Part shown: positions 48,504 through 59,345 of the stretch, piece by piece
How positions within the stretch are numbered: the first letter of the stretch is position 1
Layout: each line of letters begins with the position of its first letter
From: Terriglobia bacterium
GTDB taxonomy: Bacteria; Acidobacteriota; Terriglobia; Acidiferrales; UBA7541
Direction: 5' to 3'
NCBI GenBank assembly: GCA_963695545.1
Contig: OY968796.1
Span: 4,032,001-4,096,000, forward strand
Length of the DNA: 64,000 bases
Position numbers and translations under genes: made by a program
The notes under the pieces: model-generated
The model's database searches: none
What the model was told of the DNA's origin: nothing
What the model saw: only the letters and a program-made list of their open reading frames with translations

Positions 48504-50168
48504 TTAACCCAGCTGAATGTTCACTGCCGCCACGGATGCCGGCGGAAACTCGATCATCAAAGACCCTCCCTTTACGCTGAGAGGTTTCGTCTGGGGAACG
48601 ACCACATCCGGTTGATCGAATGAATTGTGCGCGTGAACGTCGGCGTTGCTCAAAAATCTCATGCTCGCTTCCTCAGCCGTTGCTCCTCGCAGCGCAATTT
48701 CCGCCAAGCGAGGTTCGCTGACACTCGGATTGACGACGGTGATCGTTAGAGTCTTGTCGCGCACAGAGGCAGAGCCGCGCAAGCCCCAGAATGTCGCCGA
48801 ACTTCCGTCACGATCGTAGTTCAACGTGGGCGCGGAGAAAATCGTGCGCAGCGACTGCCCGCCCTGGTGATCGGAATACAAATCGAAAACGTGGCCGACC
48901 GGTGTGACGATGAACTTATCTTCATGCGCGAGGTACAGGCTGTTTAAGCAGTTGATCAGCTGCGCGCAATTCGCCATCGCGATTTTTTCGGGATTCCTGT
49001 TGAAGATGTCCAGCGTCATTCCGCTGAACACCGCGTCTCGCAACGTGGGCGTCTGCTCGAATAGATCGCCGGGAGTGGCCTCGCTACCAGGGCGGTACCA
49101 CGGGCCCCATTCATCCACCACCAGCTTCACGCGATGATCGGGATCGAATTCGCTCATCACTTGCCAGTGGCCCGTGACCAATCCCTCCATCCGGTCTCCT
49201 TGGCGCAGCAGCTCGTACCAATCAACGGAATCAAACTTCAGCGCGTCCCCTTTCGCAGCCACCCAGTCCGTTGTTTTTCCGCGGCTCATGTCCCACGCGT
49301 AGTGATGCAGCGCCATGCCGTAGATGCTGTTCAGCTGGTCGGGACCTTTCAGCAAAACTTCCGTCAGAAATCCCCTGGTCCAATTCCAATCGTCGGTGTT
49401 CGGTCCTGAGGCGATCAGATGCAAAGTGTCTCCGTATGCGGGAAGCCACGTTGCATACCGGCGGAACTGCACGGCGTACTCTTGGGGCGTGAACTCGCCG
49501 CCGCAGCCCCACGATTCGTTCCCGACTCCCCAATACTTCACGCCGAAAGGATCTGGATACCCGGCCGCCGCGCGCGCATCGGCCAACGTGGTAGTCCCCG
49601 CCGGAGAATTGCAGTATTCCACCCATTGCTGGAAGGCCGACGCCGGCAGCGTCCTCACGTTAGCGGCGAGATAAGGTTCCGCGCCGATGAGCTTGCAGAA
49701 GTGCACGAATTCATCCGTCCCAACCTGATTGGGATCGTAACTGTGCTCCGGCGGCGCATCCTTCGATTCGGAGTTTGCCCAGAAGTTCGTACGACGAGGG
49801 CGTTTATCGGCGGGCCCGATGCCGTCACGCCAATCGTAACTGTCCGCAAAGCATCCGCCTGGATAGCGGATAACGGGGGCCTTGATCTTGCGCATGTGTT
49901 CGATCAGGCTCTTGCGAAGTCCATCGATGTTCGGCACGGAGGAATTTTCCCCGACCCAAACGCCGTCATACAGCACGCCGCCGAGATTCTCCGTGAAATG
50001 GCCGTAGATGGTTGGAGAAATCGTGCCAAGCGGCCCATCAAAAAGAACTTCGATACAGGAATCCGCCGCAGCTGAATTGGCGGCAGCAGCCCAGCCGATC
50101 TTTTGTGCGAGTAAGAGTGCGGCAGCTCCTAGCGCTCCCTGCTGCAGGAAATCACGCCGCTTGATCAT
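48504..50168 (-). CDS. abfA: Tat-exported GH51 alpha-L-arabinofuranosidase
   Basis: KRRDFLQ; YGHFTE, RYPGGCFAD, GVGNESWGCGG, VDEWG and CAQLIN. Confidence 0.94.
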   Translation of the reverse strand: MIKRRDFLQQGALGAAALLLAQKIGWAAAANSAAADSCIEVLFDGPLGTISPTIYGHFTENLGGVLYDGVWVGENSSVPNIDGLRKSLIEHMRKIKAPVIRYPGGCFADSYDWRDGIGPADKRPRRTNFWANSESKDAPPEHSYDPNQVGTDEFVHFCKLIGAEPYLAANVRTLPASAFQQWVEYCNSPAGTTTLADARAAAGYPDPFGVKYWGVGNESWGCGGEFTPQEYAVQFRRYATWLPAYGDTLHLIASGPNTDDWNWTRGFLTEVLLKGPDQLNSIYGMALHHYAWDMSRGKTTDWVAAKGDALKFDSVDWYELLRQGDRMEGLVTGHWQVMSEFDPDHRVKLVVDEWGPWYRPGSEATPGDLFEQTPTLRDAVFSGMTLDIFNRNPEKIAMANCAQLINCLNSLYLAHEDKFIVTPVGHVFDLYSDHQGGQSLRTIFSAPTLNYDRDGSSATFWGLRGSASVRDKTLTITVVNPSVSEPRLAEIALRGATAEEASMRFLSNADVHAHNSFDQPDVVVPQTKPLSVKGGSLMIEFPPASVAAVNIQLG

Positions 50169-50273
50169 GTCGGTTCCCTCCGGCGCTCACTGTGGATTGC
50201 CGTTTGCAAGTGACGATCCCAAAAGAAGGATGTCGGCGAAGAATGCTTGCGCGAAATAGTTCACCCGCTTTTG

Positions 50274-51353
50274 CTACTGTGAGGTATCGCTGTCCAATGC
50301 TGCGTGCGGCCAGCCGCCAGTCCAAGTAAGAGTTGATATCTGTAGCGACGGAATTCCTGTTTTCGCGTCGTATGCGTGGAACACGATAATGTCGCCGTCC
50401 TTTTGAAGCAAAACCGATTCGCCGCCGGGGCCGAGCCATTTCTGATTCGCACTAAGCAATGGCGTCGCAGCTCCATCCATCATCTTTTTCCCGTCTGAGT
50501 CCAAATAGGGGCCCGTGACTTCCCGGGAACGTCCCACCATGGTCCGGTAGGTACTCTTCGTTCCGCGGCAACATAGGTCCCACGAAACAAACAGGTAGTA
50601 GAACCTGTCGTGATGAACAACGAACGCCGCCTCGACAGCCTCGTAGTTAGGCGGCAATCCGGGGGGTGGTGGATCGAAATGTTCTGGTTTGGCGCGCGCG
50701 GCCAAGGAGTAGAGCGTCGTGTCGTCGGCTGAAAGCTTCCCCGTTTTCCGGTCGAGCTTCCTCATCTTGATTCCGCTCCAGAAGCTGCCGAAAGCCAGCC
50801 ACGCCTGCCCCTCTTCATCGAGCACCAGATTCGGATCGATCGCGTTGAAGTCGTCCGCAGCGGTTGACTGCAGAACCAGGCCGTCGTCCTCCCAACGATA
50901 GTCGGGGCTTTGCGGATTTAGCGTCTTGTTCGTCAAAAGCGCGATCCCAGATATGTTCGATCCGAATGAGGAGAATGCGTAGTACAGATGAAACTTGCCG
51001 TCAAAAAAAGAAATATCGGGGGCCCAGAGCTCCTTCGTTTTTGGACTTTCCTGTTTGATCCATGCGGGGATGTCGGAAAAGACGTGGCCGCACAATTTCC
51101 AGTGCACTAGGTCAGTCGAGCAACGAACAGGAAATTGTTCCGGCGTGGTTGAATTCGGCGGCGTGGTCGTAAACAGGTACCAGGTGTCGCCCTCTTTGAT
51201 GATCGACGGATCGTGCGCGCCCACCACGTCGCCCACGACTGGGATAGCGTGGGGCTTGTCGGACGCCCGTGCTCTTGGCACAAATACCTGCGCGAAAGTA
51301 GCTGCCAGAAGGCACGCGAACAGGTACGAGCATCGCGACCGAACGCGAATCAT
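50274..51353 (-). CDS. abnA: GH43 endo-1,5-alpha-L-arabinanase
   Basis: AHDPS, WAPD, NAIDP, FGSFWSG, EA, CCRG and GPGG motifs. GGAGG RBS before ATG 51353. Confidence 0.9.
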   Translation of the reverse strand: MIRVRSRCSYLFACLLAATFAQVFVPRARASDKPHAIPVVGDVVGAHDPSIIKEGDTWYLFTTTPPNSTTPEQFPVRCSTDLVHWKLCGHVFSDIPAWIKQESPKTKELWAPDISFFDGKFHLYYAFSSFGSNISGIALLTNKTLNPQSPDYRWEDDGLVLQSTAADDFNAIDPNLVLDEEGQAWLAFGSFWSGIKMRKLDRKTGKLSADDTTLYSLAARAKPEHFDPPPPGLPPNYEAVEAAFVVHHDRFYYLFVSWDLCCRGTKSTYRTMVGRSREVTGPYLDSDGKKMMDGAATPLLSANQKWLGPGGESVLLQKDGDIIVFHAYDAKTGIPSLQISTLTWTGGWPHAALDSDTSQ

Positions 51354-51389
51354 AGAATGTCCTCCACGAGCGCCATAGATATACACCGA

Positions 51390-51401
51390 GCAAACGTTTA
51401 C
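51390..51401. promoter_or_regulatory. LacI-type operator upstream of the arabinanase
   Basis: GCAAACGTTTAC. Confidence 0.8.
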
Positions 51402-51435
51402 TTCAACCGCCAGCCTGGATATCGTCGAGCGAATC

Positions 51436-53670
51436 TCAGAACGTAACCTCAAGCGGGCTTCCGTCGAACTCCACAGCGCGCGTCTCTTGATCCAGCTTCA
51501 CCTCCAAGCTTCTGCGCGATGGTGGCAGCATGCGCGAGCGAGGCGCGAGACGCAGATTCAGCGTGCGCTTCGCGTCATGCCAGTCCATTTGAATTCCCGT
51601 CCATTCCCCGCGCCGATAGTTAAAGGAAACGCCGTCGTCTTCGTACAGCAAAAAGGACGCGTCACTGCCGGGATAAATACAGACTGAGAGAGGTAGGTCC
51701 ACTTTCTCGCCGGCGTATTGCTTTACGGGACCCATCGGGATTATCGATCCGGCGCGAATATAAAGAGGGATCGTCTCGAGGTCCACGTTGCGACTCACTT
51801 CGCGGCCCCCTTCAATGCGTTCTTGAGTCCAGAAATCGTACCAGTCGCCCGCGGGAAGATAAACTTGACGCGCCGCCACTCCTTTTTCAACCACGGGCGC
51901 CACAAGCACACTCCCGCCCCACAGGTATTCATCGCCGCATGCGACTGCTTTCGGATCGTCGGGATACTTCAACCACAGCGCGCGCACGATCGGCATGCCG
52001 GTCGCCGCACATTCATGCACCGTGCTGTAGAGGTAGGGGAGCATCCGGTAGCGCAGTTCCAGATACTTGCGGCAGATGGGTTCGACTTGCTCGTTATGCA
52101 GTTGGCTGGGATCAGGAACCGCGGCGCCGCCGTACGTGCTGATTTCGGTTGGGCCGGTGTCGCCCGTGTTCCAGCCCCAAGGTAGCCGAAGCTTCCACGC
52201 GCGCCCGTGACATCGAAACAGCGGGCAAAAAGCTCCGAACTGAAACCAGCGCAAATAAAGTTCGGCCGTGAATTCTTTTGTGGGCACGAACCCGCCAATG
52301 TCCGTTCCCCAGTAAGGAATTCCTGTGAGAGCCGTGTTGATGGCGATCGGGACATGGTTCTTGAGCGTCTCCCAGGTGGAAAAAACGTCTCCCGACCATA
52401 GAAATGAGGCGTATCGTTGCATGCCCGCATAACCGTTGCGATGCAACGCGTAAGGACGTTCATTTGGCCTGTCGAGTTGCGGGCCTTCCCAATACATCCG
52501 GTTGCGGGCCAAGCGGGAGGTAATGTCCAGCGGGTCGCCTTCATCGGGCCACCAGCCATCGATTCCGAGCGCAAAATCCTTGCGATGGGCGTCCCAGTAA
52601 CAGCTCGCTTGCGCTTCGTCGAATCGCGTGAGCTCGCATGGATCACGAACGGTCCCCTCGAGCTTGTCGGAGAGAATCACCACGTGAAACGCGGCTTTGA
52701 AATTATCCTTGTGAAGTTCCGCGAGCATTTCCTTTGGATCGGGGAAGACGCGTGAATTCCATTCAAAAGAACCATTTCCTGTATTCCAGCCGGACGGCGT
52801 GAATCCGGTGCCCAGGTAGATCAGAGCGTCGCACGGAAGTTTTTTCTCGCGGAATGTTTTCGCTTCGCCGAGCACTTCGTCGCGGCTGGCTAAAGTGCGA
52901 TGCGACTGCTGAAAACCGAGACTCCAGAGCGGCGGCATCTCGGCGTGTCCGGTAAGCCGCGCGTATTCTTCCATGATCGTTGCAGGATCGCGCGAAGCGA
53001 CGAAGAATATATCGAGCGGCAGCGCGGATTGCGGATCCGCCGGCTGGAACTTGCTCTGCACTCCCGTGAAATCGAATGTGCCGAACGGCTGATGGAAGAA
53101 AATCGCCCAGCCCCCCGTGCCAATCAGCCAGGGTATCGGCACACGCGCGCCGTGCGTATGCAGCTCGTAGCCGCCCTGTCCGTTCTTCATCAGATCGGTT
53201 GAGCCGCGCCGGTCAAATTGAGGTCCGCCTTCTCCGAGTCCTAGAAGCGGTGCGTCTCCGGTCAGGAAAGAGACCACGCCGGTCTCTTCGTCGATGGAGA
53301 GTTGCTGAATCGTTCGTCCTTCATGCGTTGCGACCGTAAAGGCCAGAGGCGCGGGAGAAAACGACACCTTCATTTTTCCGCATGCGACGCTTTGTGCCTG
53401 CACTTGCCCGCGCAGCTTCGCGACAGGCGCGCCCCAGGCGGTCTGCACGAGCGAGCCATCGGATGGAATCTTGCTCGCTACACCGCGCGCGATTGGGAGG
53501 ACGCTCAGGCGAAGCGAGTTTGCACTCACGGATGTGATCTGGACCTCGCAAATTTGTCCAGCGACCTGCAGATCCGCTCCCGCTGAAGTCGGCGCCTGCG
53601 GAAGGAACATTCCGGCGGATACTCCGCCCAGCTGTGCTAACACTTCCCGGCGATTCCACTTCCTAGTCAT
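51436..53670 (-). CDS. GH31 alpha-glycosidase (alpha-xylosidase/glucosidase-like), Tat-like signal
   Basis: NRREVLA; GWWPDEG, WSGD, GTDIGGF, RWFQFGAF and YLPAGDWYD. Confidence 0.92.
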   Translation of the reverse strand: MTRKWNRREVLAQLGGVSAGMFLPQAPTSAGADLQVAGQICEVQITSVSANSLRLSVLPIARGVASKIPSDGSLVQTAWGAPVAKLRGQVQAQSVACGKMKVSFSPAPLAFTVATHEGRTIQQLSIDEETGVVSFLTGDAPLLGLGEGGPQFDRRGSTDLMKNGQGGYELHTHGARVPIPWLIGTGGWAIFFHQPFGTFDFTGVQSKFQPADPQSALPLDIFFVASRDPATIMEEYARLTGHAEMPPLWSLGFQQSHRTLASRDEVLGEAKTFREKKLPCDALIYLGTGFTPSGWNTGNGSFEWNSRVFPDPKEMLAELHKDNFKAAFHVVILSDKLEGTVRDPCELTRFDEAQASCYWDAHRKDFALGIDGWWPDEGDPLDITSRLARNRMYWEGPQLDRPNERPYALHRNGYAGMQRYASFLWSGDVFSTWETLKNHVPIAINTALTGIPYWGTDIGGFVPTKEFTAELYLRWFQFGAFCPLFRCHGRAWKLRLPWGWNTGDTGPTEISTYGGAAVPDPSQLHNEQVEPICRKYLELRYRMLPYLYSTVHECAATGMPIVRALWLKYPDDPKAVACGDEYLWGGSVLVAPVVEKGVAARQVYLPAGDWYDFWTQERIEGGREVSRNVDLETIPLYIRAGSIIPMGPVKQYAGEKVDLPLSVCIYPGSDASFLLYEDDGVSFNYRRGEWTGIQMDWHDAKRTLNLRLAPRSRMLPPSRRSLEVKLDQETRAVEFDGSPLEVTF

Positions 53671-53750
53671 CCTCGTTCACGCTTCCTCGACCCACGGACC
53701 ACGAGCTGTCTCAGAGGGTCTGGCTCAGCTTGGAGCCGTAGCGAACACTA

Positions 53751-53805
53751 GCAAACGTTTACAAGCCGAAGGCACACCATACGGCTTTCTGCTCCCCGAC
53801 TGCAA
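53751..53805 (-). promoter_or_regulatory. Sigma70 promoter with LacI-type operator for the GH31-GH43-GH51-GH5-GH43 run
   Basis: Minus strand TTGCAG (53805-53800), 18 nt, TATGGT (53781-53776). Operator GCAAACGTTTAC at 53751-53762. Confidence 0.75.
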
Positions 53806-54367
53806 TGGGTTCGGAAGGTCCTACCGAGATTTCGAGGTGCGCAGATCGATTGAAGACCTGCCAAACGCTGCCTGGTTATTTGGACGCTATCGCAGTTCGG
53901 TCCGCACGCCGCGATCAAAAAGTGGCATGGATTTGTATTCTGAGACTCGATGTGCATGTCGGATCGCTCTGAAACGCATGACACGCAAGAGCTACGCCGG
54001 AAAATCGCCCCTCCGCCTAGCGATTGAAAACAAAGGCGCTAAAATGATGGATGTGGGAAGTCGCAAACTCATTGGGTTTTGGATTGAGTTTGTGCCTAGC
54101 GAAGTCGAGGGGAATCCCCCATAAGCGCGGCCTTCTTTGCGCGGCTCCAGCGCTGGATTTGGGTTTCGTGGCTTCGAGCGCCTCAAAGTTGCAAGTGATT
54201 GTGCGCGTGGATTGGTTGCTATAGAATCCGCGCGCTCCAGGGCTTCAAGAACTCCTGGAGAGTGCCTGAAGTTGTGCATAACCGCGCGACTCGCGAGCGG
54301 GTGCAGGATCGGTGCGACAAAGGGGGCTCTGGGCCGAACAAAAATTCAAACATAGAAGGAGAAACCC

Positions 54368-54430
54368 ATGAGCGCGACATCAGCAGATACGTTCGTCAAG
54401 AAGTCGGTTGGGCTGTCAATTGGGCTCGGC
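54368..54430 (+). pseudogene. Truncated 5' gene fragment, possibly an HdeD-family membrane protein
   Basis: Strong AAGGAG RBS plus ATG. MSATSADTFVKKSVGLSIGLG resembles HdeD-like N-termini from memory, then the sequence stops looking protein-like. Confidence 0.35.
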
Positions 54431-54530
54431 GCCTCTTTGAAGACCCCAAGAGGCTCGCCCTCTAGGCCGCTCCCGGTTGTGGCGATCGGAATCCATTTGT
54501 CGTTGAGCCGGTTTTCACGCCCGCTGGGTT

Positions 54531-55076
54531 TCACGCCGCGGCCACGACCTTCGTAAACGTCGATTCCAGATCGGACGTCCACGTGACCCCGCCATCTGTG
54601 GACGATTCGTATTTTTGCGTGTATTGCGTCTTGGAGACTTCCTTCCAGGTCAGGCGCGTCTCCATCGGCTTACCTTGCATCAGCGTCTCGGTTGTCCAAG
54701 TCCAAGTGTCGCCGCTGACATTTCCTTTGGCCGTGATCCGTTCGCCCCAACTGTCAAATGAGTCGTAGGTGTACATTTTTGTTTCCGGGTCATAGCCCAA
54801 TACGGCCATGATCGTAAAGTTGCCCGCGGGCGATTTGTTGACCGAATGACCGACAATAAAAAATCCTCCGGACACCCATTCCCACTTTTGAGTTGAGGAC
54901 ACCGGTCCGGCCATACCGTGCGCAGTAGATTTGCCCTCTTCTTTCCAGTTGCCCACAAAATACGCGAGGCGCATCAATTCTGGCCCTGGTTTCGGCGGCC
55001 CTTGCGGAGGCTGCGCCCGCATCGAAACTCCCAGCAACAAAACACTAGCCGCAACCAAACCGATGATTCGTTTCAC
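54531..55076 (-). CDS. Secreted DUF1579-like beta-barrel protein
   Basis: AAGGAG RBS, GTG start and signal peptide; PKPGPELMRLAYFVGNW, W..GGFF, LGYDPETKMY and STDGGVTW. Confidence 0.85.
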   Translation of the reverse strand: MKRIIGLVAASVLLLGVSMRAQPPQGPPKPGPELMRLAYFVGNWKEEGKSTAHGMAGPVSSTQKWEWVSGGFFIVGHSVNKSPAGNFTIMAVLGYDPETKMYTYDSFDSWGERITAKGNVSGDTWTWTTETLMQGKPMETRLTWKEVSKTQYTQKYESSTDGGVTWTSDLESTFTKVVAAA

Positions 55077-55184
55077 GGGAGTTCTCCTTAGCGTCTGAAC
55101 CCGCGGCCGCAGCTTTCCAACAGAAATGCGCTCCAACAAAACCGTGCTGGGCAGTTGGCCAAAATCATACGTCCGCCAAAACCT

Positions 55185-55312
55185 TTACGCCAAATCGATT
55201 CCCCGGGACGCGCCCGGGCGTTTGCCGTGCTCCTGCAGACGGCCATGCGGATCGTAGCTCACGCCAACATATAGAGAGCCAGCTGAGCAACGGGGATGTG
55301 GCAATAGAACAT
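55185..55312 (-). pseudogene. GIY-YIG nuclease remnant (frameshifted, truncated)
   Basis: MFYCHI + frameshift + RCSAGSLYVGVSYDPHGRLQEH resembles the N-terminus of small stand-alone GIY-YIG proteins. Stop after about 42 codons. Confidence 0.6.
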
Positions 55313-55381
55313 GACGAGGAGTGCCCATCGACGCGCCCCGAAAAGCCGGGCTTGCTCGGGACACCATATCCTGGTCGGATG

Positions 55382-55736
55382 TGGTGGAGGCGGGGGGAGT
55401 CGAACCCCCGTCCGAAAAGCGCTACGGCCCGAAGACTACATGCTTAGCGCGTTCGATTGGTTTCGCCGGCGGCGGTTGGAGCGCGCAAGAAACGCCACCG
55501 GCTAGTCCGATTGGTCTCGCCGTTACGTCACGGACCGAGGCGCAACGGCCAGCCTGCTAAATGACGCCTCGTTCAAGCCCGCAGACACTGCTTGAGGAGA
55601 CGGGCTACGCTAGGTTTGTCTAGGCAGCCAAAGCCAACTCAGTGTTGGCAGTTCTAGTTTTCCACCCGATAACGGACAGGTGGCGCCCGGCATGCCTTCG
55701 GGTCGCGACAGCTTCCGTCGAAACCGTGTCGCCCCC
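55382..55736 (-). ncRNA. ssrA: tmRNA; tag peptide ANTELALAA* (55649-55620)
   Basis: 5' GGGGGCGACACGGTTTCGAC; 3' GACGGGGGTTCGACTCCCCCCGCCTCCACCA; 355 nt; tag ends in LAA. Extended -10 TGtTAGAAT (TAGAAT 55751-55746). Confidence 0.97.
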
Positions 55737-55841
55737 ATATCCACAATTCTAACACCATATCCGGCCGGGACACGGCGCTAGGAGCAGGTCTGCACCTTGG
55801 ATAGGTCGGTAGGTACGCTCGCAACGACGCGCGCCATTGCT

Positions 55842-56724
55842 CTATTGAATCGGAGTGACATCCACGCCCACATCCAACGTGTGCTTCGCGCCGCCGAGCA
55901 ACACGCCATGGATCGGACTGACGTCGCTATAATCGCGGCCCCAGGCCACAGTGATGTGACCCTCCGTCGGGAATGCAATTGTTCGTAGGGTCGAAATCGA
56001 CCCAACCAATCGCCCGGGCACCACGCCGAACACCACGCATGTGAAGCATCCGCGCCGACCAAGCGTGGCCGGCCAGGCGGCTGGAAACGTTCGCAGATAG
56101 CCGCTGACGTAACGGGCCGGCAGGCCCAGCGACCGCAGGCACGCGATCTGCAGATGCGCGAAATCCTGGCACACGCCGCGGCGCTTCTGAAAGAACGCTT
56201 CGACGGGAGTCGTGACTTCGGTGGCCTTCTTATCGAAGCGAAAATCACGATTTATTTGCCGCATGAGATCGTAAACCGCCTCGAGCAGCGGACGTCCCAG
56301 CGGGAAACGTCTGACGCGCGTAGTCGGCGAATTCGCGGCTCGCCCCCACGCGCTGCGAACCGAAAACAAACTGGTACGCGTCCAGACCCTCCTCGCTATG
56401 GTCGCCAGGCCACTGATTCCACAACCGTTTCCCACGGCGGAGACGCAGAGAAATCCGGGCGCGCAAGCGCATGCAACTTCGAGTTCGCTGCTCGCTTCGA
56501 CGATCAGGCAATCGTGCGGTTCTTGCAGCGTGAAGAACGTCTGGATATTGCCGAAATAGTCCGTCGTGCGTTGTCGTCACATCGGGCGAAGGCGATATTG
56601 AAATCCCCGTCTCACGGCAAACTTGCCCGGGAATATTGCGCGGAGTAAGGCGCACCAAATGATGCGACACCGAAACCGGATCCTCGTAGTCGTATGTCGT
56701 CTTGTGCCGCACGCGATAGATCAT
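55842..56724 (-). CDS. Transglutaminase-family protein with Bact_transglu_N domain (several frameshifts)
   Basis: MIYRVRHKTTYDY; GVCQDFAH...LPARYVSGY; GADASHAW in another frame; VAWGRDYSDVSP. Homology is split across frames. ATGA coupling at 56721-56724. Confidence 0.8.
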
Positions 56725-59345
56725 GCCGTCCGCTCCTGCTCCGCATGACTGAAATAAGCATGGGTGATGGCATTCGACAAGGCGGGCAAAGCCGCGTCCA
56801 CTTGCGCGAGCAGTTCATCAAGCCGCTCGCGGATCCGCCCCGGCGCCCGGCTCGCAAAGTGCGCGGACATCCGCGGCAAACAGATTCGCGGCGGCTATCT
56901 TCAAGTCGCTTTTGCTTCAGAATCGGCCATCCGGCGCCCGATGGCATGCCGGACAAACTTCGGCAATGCTCGAAGAGGTCCTTCGATCTGAAACGCCAGC
57001 GACCGCGGATTCACCTCTTCGTTCATCAGTAGATCGAGCACGGGCGCGGGCTGCAGCGATGGTGAAGTATCGCGAGCGGTAGGCCATCGAACTGTCGGCG
57101 ACTTCGAGCAGCATCTCGAGCGCAGGCCAAGTCTGCGGACTCAGCGGCACGATGATGGTGCGGAACAGTTTCACCAGTTGGACCGAGCGCTCGATGCGCC
57201 TCCCGATGCTCAGGAAATGCCAGCCTGGTCCGCGCGTCAATATTTTCCATTTCGATTCCGCGGAGGGCGGCGAGGGTCCCGATACAGCCATTCAACACCG
57301 CCAGCGCATCTCCGACCGAAACGTATCCCCAGGCGCTGATCATCGGCGCCACGCGCGAGGGTGCTGAACTGATTCACAACGCGCAGCAGATCGCTCGAAA
57401 GGCGATCGCGCACTTGTGCCGCGGAACGCCCGGCGCGATTCAGAATCGCGGTCAGACTGTCGCTGCGCTGCTCTTCGAAAATGCGCGAAAGAATTTCGCC
57501 GTTCCAAATCGCGCAATTGGTCGGGATGCCCTTCGGGATCGTCCTTCGAGAGCCGCGAGTGGGGAGACTCCAGACACTCGTACATCTTCATCAGCGATTC
57601 CCAGTCCGGGCCCTCGTCTCGGCCGCACCCGACTTGCCCGTCAGCCGAATCAGAATGCATCGAAGCATGCGTGCCAGATGCTCGCTGCGCTCGGCGTAGC
57701 GGCCCAGCCAGAAAATGTGGTCGGCCGCGCGGCTCGGCAAATCGCTAACAGCGCCGCGATTTAGTTCCACCGGCACGTCGCGCGGTCGCTGCAAACTAAA
57801 TGTGCCGACCGGCTTTTCTGAAAGAACCCAAGTGTCCTTACTTCCGCCGCCGCGCTGCATCGAGACGACCGGCGTATCGATCGACGGAGAAACGCGCGCG
57901 AGTCCGCCCGGGATCACAACCCATGAGTCGCCCGATCCGCCGCCAGATAAACGCGCAGCACTACGCGCCGCGGAGTCAGACCATGTTCTTCCGACCACAC
58001 CGGCGCCGCGGACAGATTCAACAACTCCTGCCCCGCGAATTCGTGCGGACTCTCTTTGATGCGCGCAATCAGCCGCGACGCGCTGCTCGGGCCCGAGCTT
58101 TCCTCCGAACACAGGCTCCATGCCCTTCGAGGGAAACGCCGGCTTGATCACCAGAAAATCCAGATTATCGAGCACGTAGCGCAGCGCGTCAGGCTGCCCG
58201 CACCACCACGTCGCGGCCGATGGGAGCTTCAGATCTTCTCCCAGCATGCGCCGGCTAAGTCCGGGGAAAAATGGCATGAACGCCGATGTTTCGATCAGCC
58301 CGCTGCCGAGCGCATTCGCCACGGCGACGTTGCCCGCACGCACCGCTTCCACCAAGCCCGGCCACGCCGAGGTACGAATCGGAACGCAACTCGATCGGGT
58401 CGCAGAAGCTATCGTCCACGCGCCGCAGAATTACGTCCACTTGCTTCAGTCCTTCGAGCGTCTTCAGGTAAACGCGGCTGTCGCGCACCGTCAGATCGCC
58501 GCCCTGAACCAACGTGAAGCCGAGATAGCGCGCGAGATAGGAATGCTCGAAGTAGGTTTCGTTGAATGGTCCGGGCGTGAGCAGAACAACGCGCGGATTC
58601 TCGCGCTTCGTCGGCGAAAGTTGCAGCAGCGTTTCGCGAAACGACACGGAAGAACGAAGCCAGCCGCTTCACCCGGAACTCGCGGAACAGATCCGGAAAG
58701 GTTTCCGCCATCACGATGCGATTCTCGAGCGAATAACCCGCGCCCGAAGGCGCCTGCGTGCGGTCGGAAATCACCCACCACTCGCCATCCGGCCCGCGCG
58801 CGAGATCCACTGCCAGCAAGTGCAGGTACGTGTTGCCCGAAACCTTTATTCCGTGGCATGGCCGCCAGAATCCCGGGTTCGCAAAAACCAGCGCCGGCGG
58901 AATCTGTCCGCCGCGAAGCAACTGTTGCGGGCCATAAAGATCGGCCAGAATCAGATTCAACAGCCGCGCGCGCTGGATCAATCCAGCTTCCAGTTGGCTC
59001 CATTCCGCCGGCGGGATCATCAGCGGAATCGCATCGAGATTCCACGGCCGGTCCATCCCCAACGGATCGCCATAGACGTTGTAGGTGACGCCGTTTTCGC
59101 GAATTCGCTGCCGGGCAGTTTGCCAGCGGCGCGCCAGTTCATCGGTCGCCGCAGCGCGGAAAGTGAGTTGATGAATGTGTCCCAATGCGGTCGAAGCACG
59201 CCGGGCGCGGCGAACATCTCGTCGTAAAGCCCGGCGGTCTGAGGATAGCCGCTCGCTTAGGAGTGGACCCTTCGCCGTGTCTGCGTGAAATTTTCATTCG
59301 CGCATCCGCAGGAACAATTCGCCGCACTCCGCGAGCGGGCTTCAC
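56721..59345 (-). CDS. Circularly permuted type 2 ATP-grasp protein fused to alpha-E domain (many frameshifts)
   Basis: Segments YDEMFAAPGVLRPHW, ENGVTYNVY, DRTQAPSGAGYSLENR, LTPGPFNETYFEH, ANALGSG, GGGSKDTWV, WLGRYAERSE and GRRIERS lie in successive frames. GTGA and ATGA overlaps at the two ends. Confidence 0.82.

Noticed and set aside
53471..54124. 217-aa plus-strand ORF
   Set aside because: Overlaps the GH31 start and its promoter/operator in antisense, with no recognisable motif.
55382..55415. tRNA gene or prophage attachment duplicate
   Set aside because: The T-arm and CCA belong to the tmRNA. No second copy or integrase was found by eye.
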